A program made the translations under genes and the position numbers. The notes under the pieces were generated by a model, which was not told the origin of the DNA, searched no databases, and saw only the letters and a program-made list of their open reading frames with translations. 64,000 bases of DNA from Bilabrum cf. latius (Eukaryota), in assembly GCA_965178125.1 (NCBI GenBank), contig OZ237738.1, positions 310,001-374,000 on the forward strand, in the 5' to 3' direction. Shown in pieces: positions 50,701 through 60,900 of the stretch; the first letter of the stretch is position 1, and each line of letters begins with the position of its first letter.

Positions 50701-51954
50701 TACTCGTCACTGCCGTCTGGATGCAAGCGCCACGGGTGTGCGAATGCCTCGTGGAGCGGGTGCGAGGGCGTGTCTCGGATGTACTCCGTTGCGGTCTTGT
50801 TGATACCCCTGGGCACTGCGTAGAGATCCGTGAGCTCCTTCAGCGCAGCTTTGCAGGATGCAATCGGGCTTGCACGACCGTACACGCTGGCCTTCTTAGC
50901 GGCACCCGGACCGGCGGCAGCGCCAGCACCGCTGCTGGCGCCTGCCTTGGATCCTCTGGCTGGCGGCATGTCTGGCTCGCCGGAAGAACCCTCATCGTCC
51001 TTTTCCAGCTTCTGCTTGGTGATAAGCATGCAGAATGCCCTTGCCTCCACCTCTTCGAGGCCGTACTCTCCCAGATTGGGTAGCGCGCCGTGAACCCTCA
51101 TGTGCGCAAGCTAGTCCAGGATGATGGCAAGGTCAACTTGCTGCCTGTCTTTGTGCAGCAGCCCGCATGCACGCGTAAAAATTGGATCCTCTGGGATGAG
51201 GCTGCTCGCAGTCAGCGTCCTCTTGGCTCCGGATTGCGTGTCTGCCACAAGGACGCGCCGGTCTGCCCTTGAGCTGTTGTAGAGCAGGCTCCTTGAGACC
51301 GAGGCGAGCTCTCGGAGAGTGCTCTTTCCTACATCTGAGCTTATAAACGCATGGCGTGCTCGCTCTGACCACGGCATCGGATGCCCTGCGTGCTGGCCGC
51401 AGGTTGCGAACGTGTCAACGCCTGGAGCCTCGACCAGTGTTGCGGAAACCATTGGCACGGGAAATTTGAAGCACTCAGAGAGCAGCAGCTGCGTCTTAGG
51501 GACTGCTGGTTGACAAAGTGCCCCACACGATGATATGCCTGCGACGAATTACTTCAAGTGAGGTGATCAATGCCAGTACTCCAATCAGAATGGTACTGCA
51601 ACATAGTTCCAGGGCAAGCCAACAACTCACGGAGCTTTTCTTGCGCCATCTTGCTCCGGACCTCGTACAATGGCGCGTTTAATGAGAATAACGCCAATCC
51701 AGATCCCTGCAGTGCTTGGGCAAGCGGTGAAGCCGCAAATTAGCTGGGAAGCATCAAGATCTCAGTGACAGCCAGCCTGGTTCGAGTCTCACTTTATAGC
51801 AAACACCACCCTGAGTTCGACCTTTGCTTGCTCCAAGCAGTTCAAGACATATAATGTCGTACATACTGTCCCTTGACTAGGTCGTTGCTTCCATAATGAG
51901 TCGCCCCGCTGTGCGACCCAACTCCGATGGATCCAGGACCTCCCCTTCCACCAT
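38724..51954 (-). CDS. Giant protein (~4,350 aa) with divergent Clu (clueless/TIF31)-like N-terminal part and TPR-like helical repeats
   Basis: Nineteen listed minus-strand ORFs between 38724 and 51458 are in one frame. Every internal ORF end is TAG and the gaps contain only TAG (~48 in total). Ends TGA 38724-38726. Introns 51707-51792 and 51539-51630 are phase-consistent. The Clu-like call rests on weak resemblance (RKFGLPVRYMGLVRS*C..VRMTILRAMVAE; ATLGPRHP), so the product is less certain than the gene. Confidence 0.72.
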
Positions 51955-52119
51955 AGTGTGAGGAGAAATTATTCTGTGCCTATCCCACCGAGTCATCGCA
52001 CGATAATACTTCTTATTAAACTACTACGCGCCAAACATTGGCCAAATGGTCTTTGATGGGGCGTTGGCGAAGGGAATAGCAAGGAGCGGTGATCGCGTTC
52101 TGGACATTTTTAGCTCCGG

Positions 52120-53881
52120 ATGTTGGGTATGCATTGCACGGTACTGCTATCATTGTGGCAAAAACCTGGGTTTCGTGCAGTAATTCCACATGTCAGATGT
52201 ACTAGAGTACATTTCATAGTTAGAAGCTGATGATAGTGTTCGGCTTGCGCTAGAGGACGCCCTTTTCGCCATTAACGGCGCTCTGCATGTGTACACACCC
52301 AGGGAAATCGTCTTTAGTTTTAACGGCGGGAAGGACTCTACGGTAGTCCTGCACTGTCTTCGAGCGGCCTGCTACCAGAGAAGCTAGGGCAAGTCTAGTC
52401 TTAGCATGCAGGATTTTCGTTTTGTGTACTTTGAAGACCCTGATGAATTTCCTGAGGTGTTGAAGTTTATGGAGGACTGCTGTCGGGACTATGATATATC
52501 GATTGAGAGACTGCCCGAATTTAAAATAGGAATATCATAGTTATTGGCTGATGGTGTTGTCAGAGCAGTTTTGATCGGCACTCGAAGAGGTGATCCGGAT
52601 GGAGGTAAGCGACCAGTTTGATGCATTCTTGAGACGCTAGCCCTGCTACAATACATGCATGTTTGTTGTAGAATTGTTCATCATGTCAAACATCCTTGCA
52701 ATATCGCAGCAAACATCGGTATTTTCTAGCCAACATCGCCGGGGTGGCCGCCAATGATGCGGGTGTCGCCGCTGCTCGAGTGGGATTACGGGCAGATATG
52801 GAGGTTTCTCAGAGAGGCCAAGCTGCCCTATTGCAAGCTCTACGACGATGGTTACACCTCTCTCGGTTCTGTTTCTACGTCGAAGCCAAACCCCTCTTTG
52901 CTTGTGCCTCCTGGATCCGCACCAGTCGTTCTGCCTGGCGAGGCCGGGGCTGTGGCCCCCGGCACTCACCTGCCCGCGTACATGCTTGGAGACGGAGAGC
53001 TCGAGCGCGCCGGCCGAGTCAAGCGATCATCCAAACCAAAACGAAGAACTGGATCTTAGGCTGCCGCCAGCCCAGCCTCCGGCGACGGTTCCGACCGCAA
53101 GTCAAGTGGCACTGCTGCCTCGAGCGATACAAAGGCCTCGTGCAGTGCCAGCGCTGCGCCTGAAACTAGCGGGTACCCTGCAAAGTCTGGTCGGGCGAAT
53201 GGTGGTGCATCTGCACATGCCACAGACCCTTCTTCGTCTCGGGCCGCTGCGGGTAGGGCAGACACTTTGTCCACCGTGCCGTTGTTTCGACGGCAGTCTT
53301 CGTACGACCCGGGCGAGGACAGAGACGCTGCAGGAAGCGATGTATCGAGTGATGGAGAGTTGGACAACTTGGCTGCTGCGAAACTCCCGTCAGGCGTGCT
53401 TGCTAGGGATAGGAAAGACCCTGGATGCGTGGCGCTGGCTCACGCTCTGGGGCGGCAAGATTTTGGAAGCTTGGGTCTGCCTGCACTTGGCTGGGCGGCA
53501 GTGTCAGTCCGAACAAGCACATCTGCATCGTCGACCAGCCCGTCGGCAGCCGAGGTGTGTTTCACTGTACCCGTGTCCTCGGTTGCGTCCAAAGAGAGCG
53601 TTGAGGCATGCGTGGTGCAGCTGCTGCAAGCTCCACGTCCGCAAGGCGGTGCAGCTGGTAGCCAAGCGGATGGCGCGGGACATTCTTCAGCTGCTACCGG
53701 GAGTAGGGCAGGACCTGACTGGGGATCCATGTCGGTGACTGCCAATAGACAGACCATGCGGCGCATGAGTGGTTCTACAGATGGTGGGAGCCTCGCGGCA
53801 GCCGTCGAGGAGGGCAGTCCAGATGGTCCGGATTGGGTGGTTGACGTTGTCGTTGGGCCAGCATCGGCCGCGAGCACATGA
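52120..53881 (+). CDS. FAD1: FAD synthetase (FMN adenylyltransferase, PAPS-reductase fold) with C-terminal extension (~528 aa)
   Basis: SFNGGKDSTV, DEFPEV, IGTRRGDP, F*PTSPGWPPMMRVSPLLEWDYGQIWRFL, YCKLYDDGYTSLG, NPSL, ERAGR. A 7-nt first coding exon (ATGTTGG), then introns 52127-52196 and 52605-52709. Five in-frame TAG. Ends TGA 53879-53881. Confidence 0.88.
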
Positions 53882-54008
53882 CATGATTTCGGCCTAAATT
53901 AGTACAGTACTGCAAACCAATTGTGGCGGCGGATCAGTCAAGTATCAAAGCAATTTTGTGAAGGGATATAGATGCTAACCGATGAAACTTCTTTCTTGTG
54001 CCCTTGCC

Positions 54009-55655
54009 TTAACACTCCGAATGCCCAGCGTCTTGCATGACGATGAAGCCGATTCCCAGAGCAGGCATGCTAAACGGCTCGTCGGCGGGGCGCCGACGCG
54101 GAGACAGATCTGGCAGCGACCCATCAGGCAGCAAGTGCAGGTCTGGGCCATCATTCAGAGCCGCGAATCGGGCCTCGCGAGGATCCCTCTGGGTCGCATC
54201 CACACTTGGTGTCAGCAACCACTCAAGCCAATCTGTGTCCTTCAGCCCTTTAGAGGTGGCCTTCACTGCTTCGCCCCCGCCATCCACTTGGATTTGTACG
54301 GTTTCAGTCAACGTGTTCAGCAGCATCAAGGTCACAGATCCCTTATTGTAGCCCCCCGCAGGAGCCCTGCCGCCACCGGAGCAGAAGGCATAGGCCAAGA
54401 CCGGGGGTTCCCCGTCCCCTCGTGCAAATTGCTGCCCACTCATGGACACCGAGGCTCTCAGCACGGAGGCCCCCGCGGTCATCTTGAATAGAATGCTCAC
54501 CCAGTAGTCGACTGCGACTGGATATGGCGCTGAATCGGGACCGGCATGGACCGCAGGTTGCACGAAACCAAAGTGCTGCGAGTACAGGTTCCACCTTGAA
54601 TGCATCCTTAGCCCAGCTGCCGACGTCTGGCCGAGAGAAGCAACGTAGAAGAACGCGTTGGCGAACCCGACCATGTCTGGTCCGTCCATGTCGTAGCACG
54701 AGTTAGTCTCTGTCAGCTGCAGCGCCACACCGGCTTGCTGCAGCCCAGTGCTCTGCCACTGGCGCCAGCACTCGCTGGCGTTGGCATGCAGGTCATTCAG
54801 CCACACAGACTGTCGCAGCCACGTTGAACTAAACATTTCTTCGTAGTACTGCGAATGGTTCTTGCACGTACGGGCGGGGTACGAGTGGTAGTTAAAGGCT
54901 TGCAGGAACGGCCTCGTGCCTTCCATAAACGCCGCTGAGGTCTCGTCGCACATGTCAGTGGAGGGCCCTTGCAGCTCCGGCCGGCTAGCATTGCTGGTTG
55001 TGCCGGTGCCCCAAACTGAATCAAAGACCTTGCTAAGCTCCAGATAGTCGCGAATATTCGTCGACATGTTGATGTGTAGAGATCGGGTGAGCTCGTTTCC
55101 CATCTCCACGCCCTGCAATCGGCCTGAGCTTGCCCGTTCAGGATGGTCGTGGAACCATTCGAGCAAATACTTGGTGTTCGTTGAGTCCCACGAACCACTG
55201 CAAGTCCAATTCTACGGACCTCCGCACTTTCTCCCGTACAGCTCGTTCACATCGAAAACGAGATCAAAACCCGACGACTCCGTGAAGTTCAGCAATACAT
55301 TCATGTCGGAGCTGCTGAAAATCTTGTCTCTGTACGGCCAGTAGCTCTGCAGCTGCGCCTTACTGCCGCCAGAATCTCCCAGCGAATAGTTCGTCCAATC
55401 CCCGGATATACCTCCAACACGAAAGAATGCCGGAGATAGAGACGACGCGACTTTCTGGAAGATTGGGTTACTCAGCGTACTGGTTGTGCTTAGAAAGCTG
55501 TACATCTCTTCGCCAATGGAAACGAAGCGCGGGTCCAGATGTGCGATTTTTTTGCCAACTGCAACTGCAGCCCGCCGGTGAGCCGATGCAGGGCTGGATG
55601 GGCGCGGTTCAGACGCCGCAGCAGCACACACTACAAGAGTCAATAATGCTAGCAT
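54009..55655 (-). CDS. Secreted/lysosomal glycoside hydrolase family 79 (heparanase-like beta-glucuronidase), 548 aa
   Basis: Signal peptide MLALLTLVVCAAAAS. Motifs LDPRFVS, LSPAFFRVGG, GFDLVFDVNEL, GSWDSTN, EMGNE (acid/base), NYHSY, LTETNS (nucleophile), DYWVSILFK, AYAFC, FSMPALGIGFIV...C. One TAG at 55212. Ends TAA 54009-54011. Confidence 0.88.
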
Positions 55656-55773
55656 TGTTTTTGCCCTGACTTCAATGGAATGTGCTGTGTTTTGCCGTGA
55701 TATTGAAGCAAACTTGCCGGTTGCAACGCCTGTAGCTGCGGCGCGTCATTTCGACACAAAGCAACCTGCGAAC
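55656..55773. promoter_or_regulatory. Putative bidirectional promoter between the GH79 and sulfatase genes
   Basis: Only 118 bp separate the two divergent ATGs. No specific element identified. Confidence 0.5.
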
Positions 55774-57470
55774 ATGAATGGCGGAGCTAAAGCCTGGATA
55801 GCAGCCATCATATCAGTATGCATGTCTGGCGAGGTCGCTGGCTCAAGGCCAAACCTCGTGTACGTACTGATGGACGATACGGATGTCATGTTGGGATCTG
55901 ATAAAATGCTGAAGAAAGGCCGAGAACTGGTGGCAGACGAAGGAGCTCTATTTGAACAGGTGTGATAAGTCAATTTTTCGTCTGAATTTCCTCGACCCTG
56001 CGATGTTGGGACGGATACTACATTGTTGGCTCCGAGCTTGCTGCCATTTCGCAGTTTCGAACGCTGTCGCCAAAATGCACCCCAAGCCGGACCGGATAGC
56101 TGGCCGGGCGCCACTACCACAATGTGCGTCCAAATGGAGGAAGTGGCGGAGATCCGCCAGGGACGGGAAGAGGCCTGAACCAAACAACGATGTTCGAGCC
56201 AGATGCACTTTTTCCCATGCTCCACTCCAACGGATACTGGACCTCTATCGTCGGCAAGGTCCACAACGACCAGGCGAGCTTTTTGTGCAAGCCAAAGAAC
56301 GACACTGCCCCCTTCACGCACGTCCACACGGCGTGCAGGCCGTGCGGTGGCTACTGGCGCACGCAGTACACGGTCAAGCAGGTCGGCGAGAGCGTCCCCC
56401 GCCTCGTGGAGCTGAACGCGACAGACTGGAGCACCTACTCCGAGGGTCAGTTCGGTAATGCCTCCATTAAGTTCATGCGAGAAGCAGTGGCGGCGAAGCA
56501 GCCTTTCTTCGCCTACATTGGCACGACGGGTCCGCACCTCCCGTCCATCCCGGCGCCCTGGCACCTACCCGAGGTCAACAGCTGGAATGTGACCGCACCG
56601 CGACTCCCAAACTTCAACCAGCACTACCCCGATCACCACCCAATGGTTGCCGATGCCCCGGTGGTTGATCCTGACAAGGTTCATTTCATGGACGAGCACT
56701 ACCGCGACCGGCTAGGCACGCTGCTCTCCATCGACGACCTCATCGCCAACGTGGTCCACGAGCTAGAGTCCCTCGGGGTCCTTGACAATACTTATATCAT
56801 CGTTTCTTCCGACCATGGCTATCACATCGGCAATTGGCGCATTCCCATGGAGAAGATGTGGCCCTACGAAACAGACATCCGCATCCCGGCCTACATGCGC
56901 GGACCAGGCATTCCCGCAGGACAGCGCATTCGCTCAATGGCAATGAACCTCGACATCCTGCCCACATTCCTGGACCTGGCGGGCATTCCATTGTCTCCGG
57001 AGTACGACGGACGCAGCCTTGTACCTCTTGTGAAGGGCTCGGAGGCTGAGCGCAAGGCAGCCGCGGACGGATGGCGCACGCGCACTGTGATCGCATTCGC
57101 CGAGGGAGCCACTCAGGAGTGGGGTCACACTTCAATCTCAAACGGGACGATCTCCGACCCGTAGAGTACTTCGGTGCCACCGCTCAAGTCGGACTCTGGC
57201 AAGACATACCTCTTCGATGACCCGGCCAACCAGTGGAGAATGCTGAGAGTGGCCAATACCTCCCACAACGTGTCGTACGTCGAGTGGGACCCGGTGTTCC
57301 TCTTCGAGAAGATCGCTTTCCATGCCTTCTATGATCTGAACAAGGATCCGTACGAGCAGGAGAACCTGTACCAGCAGCTGCCCACGGACCAGCAGCGCAT
57401 CTGGCACGAGGAGCTGGATCGCGAGTTTACTTGCCGCGGTCATCACGGGACTCGAACGGACTGCTCCTGA
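55774..57470 (+). CDS. Secreted/lysosomal Cys-type (formylglycine) sulfatase, N-acetylglucosamine-6-sulfatase-like (~533 aa)
   Basis: Signal peptide. Motifs RPNLVYVLMDD, CTPSRTG*LAGRHYHN, GYWTSIVGKVHN, GPHLP, TLLSIDD, LDNTYIIVSSDHGYHIG, KMWPYETDIRIP, NLDILPTFLDLAG, FYDLNKDPYEQENL. Intron 55960-56054. TAG at 56097 and 57162. Ends TGA 57468-57470. Confidence 0.9.
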
Positions 57471-57995
57471 GCAGCACCATGACTAGGTTACTTGATCCCA
57501 TTTCGTGTTAAGTATCACCCGGAAATGGATATAGCTCGCGGTGTAGCTTTGCTGGACGGTAATCAATTCGATGCACTTTGATTCTCTGGTGTTCTCGGGC
57601 GGGTGCATGGGCTGGAACCGACGTTCCAGTCCCCCTAGAACAAGTGGTGTTCACAGACATGGCATAGTATTTGTAGTGAGTATGAAAACCGAAGAGAAAC
57701 AATGTCACCTAAGCAAAGTGGGGCGGATAAACGATAAGCAACGACTCAACTGCCTACAAGGTTCACCGTGATGCATCCGATGGCTGCGGTTCCCCAGGGC
57801 GGCCTTCAGCGCCTAGCGCCAAGGGCACACTCCCTGTCTACATGCTGCCGATCCCATCTGGTATAACCTCTAGCGAGTGCGTCAGAGCTGCGTATCGAAG
57901 CCCCGTCTCCCACGCGGAGCACTCGAAGGTGCCCCGTCTTCAAATTTTATGTTTTGATAAAAATATACTCGGACCCACTCCCTGGCTCGACGTGC

Positions 57996-60900
57996 TCACA
58001 CGCTTGCCCCGGCATCCGCGGCGGCGGCCCCTCCCTTGGCCGCTGCAGCTGCCTTGGCCGCTGTCCGCCTGGCAGCCATCGAGGACTTCTGGTCCTTTCG
58101 CAGTCCCCGGAGGCCCTGGGCCCTGCCGAACTTGGCGGAAGTGGTGCTGGAGCCCGCACCAGATCGGCTGGCAGCCATAGGGTTGACCACCTGGCTGCCT
58201 GCGCCGCGACCCATTACGGCAGCATCAGACCCAGCATGAGTTCGCTGGGGCGCAAATGCCATGCCAGACTTCCTTCGGGGCGCCTTCGATCCCCGCCCCT
58301 CGCTCTGTGCCTTGGCTTGCTCCTCTGATTGCATGGCAGCCAGCCGGTCAACCCGAAGCGCCTCGTTGTCGTCTAGCACGCCCTGCACCAGCTCCCTCAC
58401 GTTATCCCATTGTCCCGGTGCTGGAGGCTAGCCTCCGTTTAGGATCTCCGTCAGGGTCAGCCCACCGACGCTGCGTGTCGCGGCAGGATCCACGGAACCG
58501 GCGTCCAGAGAGCGCATGCTAGCCTTGGCAACGAGCGGGTTGTTGTGGAACTGGGTCTGGGCATCAGCGTCGCCGTCTCTGCCTGACTCTGGTGCGAATC
58601 CAGCAGCAGTACCCGCGCCCATTTGGAAGTCTCCATCCTTGGTGACGCCTGCTTTGCGAGCGGTCTTGCCCTGCTTCACACCAGCCATTGTCTTCTCCTC
58701 CCGGCGCTTCTTCTGCTCCTCCGTCTCGCCGAAGCAGTTTGCGGCTGCTTCGGGCTGGAAGACGATGAAGATCTCGATGAACACCACCGAAAGCCAGTAC
58801 ACGATCGAGCTGAAGATGATCAGCAGCGCAAGGTACGTGAGGGTGTCACGCTCCACGGTGTTCTGACCCGATGAGGCGAAACGGTCGCTCTCGAACATGA
58901 GGCCAGACAGGCACAGGAGCACAGCGCAGAACAGCAGCGTGCTCTCAAGTCCGTTGTACGACAGGAAGTACAGACTGGCAGAGGAAATCATGTGATTGGC
59001 CTGCTTCTGAGCCTCTGCAGCGGACCAGCCATTGCCGCCTGCCGGTGCCGAACGGACACGGTTGCGACGCATTTGGTCGCGATGCTGGGCTTCGATCTTG
59101 GCGTGCATGTCAGAATACCGGGCCTTGATGGCATGCTCCTCCAGCACCAGCTTGTGGTCGCTGGGTGACATGTAGGGCTCGTGCTTGGTCTGCAGCGTGT
59201 ACCCGATGAACAGCACGAGCAGACTCATGGCCAGCTGGTAGGACGGGACAGTAGCGAACATGAGGCTGGTCAGCGCCAGTGCGAACTTGCGGGCGAAAAG
59301 CACCAGTATCCAGTACCACTTGCCAGGCTTGAAGAACTGGTACATGCGCGAGAACTTCTTGCGGAACTCGTACCCATCGTTGCCAAGACGCTCCCTGGTC
59401 TCGGGCTCGTCGCGAGCACGGGACAGCTGGTCGCGCTTGACCATTTTCTTGTTGCTCCAAAGCAAGTACCCGATGAACACTGGGAACGCGATAATGTACA
59501 CGATCAATGCGATGATGGCGAAGGGCAGCAGTGTCAGGTGCGTCCCACCGGCCTCGTAGCACTCGATGTCAGTCTGGCCGCCCATGTACCTGGCCGTGTC
59601 AGGGTTGCTGCCATCCTCGCCCACGATGCGCTGGCAGTTGAACACGTCCAGAGTGAAGCGAGACAGCATCAGGTCTGCGATTTGTGGCGGGGGCAAACAA
59701 ACAAATTCAAAGGATAGCATGAGATGCAAGTACTAGCAGGCTTCTAGCCGAAATGGGCCAATCACGAGATAGGATGCAACAAGGGAGAGGACTCACAAGC
59801 CACGTATCCGAACACCAGGAGCACGGAGATCAGCTGAGGAAGGTGGCCGTTCAAGTTGGTCGTGTGGCCAAGCACGCAACGCTTGTACACGAGCTTGGCA
59901 ACGTGAAGGATACCGAAGAAGACAGCCACCAGCAGCGGCAGAACCATGAACGCGAACCACTTGCCCTGGTAAGCGAGCGACGGCACCACGCACTCCGGAG
60001 CCGTAAGCTCGATGTTGAGGTTGAAGGCGGACATGATCTGGAACATCTGCCGGATCAGCTCGGGCCAGGCGATGCGAGCAGAGGCGAAGATCGCAAGCAC
60101 CTGGAAGTAGTCGATTCCGATCTGCGAGATGGTAGCGGCACAAGGACAAAATTGAATGGGAAGTATGCTAAATATACAAGAAGCAAGGACGATACGACGA
60201 GGAGATCAAAGCGCTAGCTCACGCTGATGAATGCCAGGTTCACGTTCTTGGAGTTGAGCACGTACGCAGCGCCACCAGCCACGCATGCGGCAGCGATCAG
60301 GGCAAGGAACAGCAGCCATGGGTTGTCCGGGCACTCCTCGCAGAAGCCGTTGATGCGGTAGTGCGTGCCCTCTGCGCAAGAGGCGCAGCGCACACCCTCG
60401 TACCCATCAGCACACACGTTGTTGCCCAGGCAAGCCTCGGCGGGCTGGCAAGCCACGAACTCTGAGCAGTTGGTGCGCGTGAAGCGGCGCTCGGGGTGGC
60501 AGCGGGCGCTCGGCTGCCAAGTCCACACTTCATTCTCAGGGTTGGCCTCGTCGGGCGCGAAGAAGCCGTTCTAGTGGGTAAGTCGGAACCAGCCCTCGAT
60601 GGCGTAGGGCTCGTCCAGGCGACCGGGGCACTCGGCACCATCGGGGCACTGCAGGCAGTACTCTCCGTCCTGTCCGTAGTAGTCCTTGGCGCACATGAGC
60701 TGCAGCCGGATGCGGTAATCGCGCTCTTCGAAGTGACTCGTCTAGCCTGCCACAGTCACGGTCAGATTCTTGTGGCCCGCGCGATGCCTTGGCAGTGAGC
60801 AGGTCAGCTCGTCATCGGCCTGCCACTCGGCGTCTACGCACTCAAGCCCGCCCACGTTGATGCTGACGGGCGTCTCGGTCACACCAAAGTTGATGCCCAA

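Noticed and set aside
51770-51800. GGTTCGAGTC T-loop-like motif as part of a suppressor tRNA-Gln(CUA)
   Set aside because: I could not build a cloverleaf around it, and it lies at the 5' end of a predicted minus-strand intron. I found no tRNA gene in the window by eye; tRNAscan-SE would be decisive.
54009-54011. Ciliate-type code with both UAA and UAG = Gln (table 6)
   Set aside because: No in-frame TAA was found in any gene, and TAA terminates GH79 at its expected family C-terminus.
57471-57995. Short ORFs between the sulfatase and membrane-protein copy 2 (likewise 8625-8979)
   Set aside because: These are convergent 3' UTR or intergenic regions with no coding motifs, even when TAG is read as Gln.
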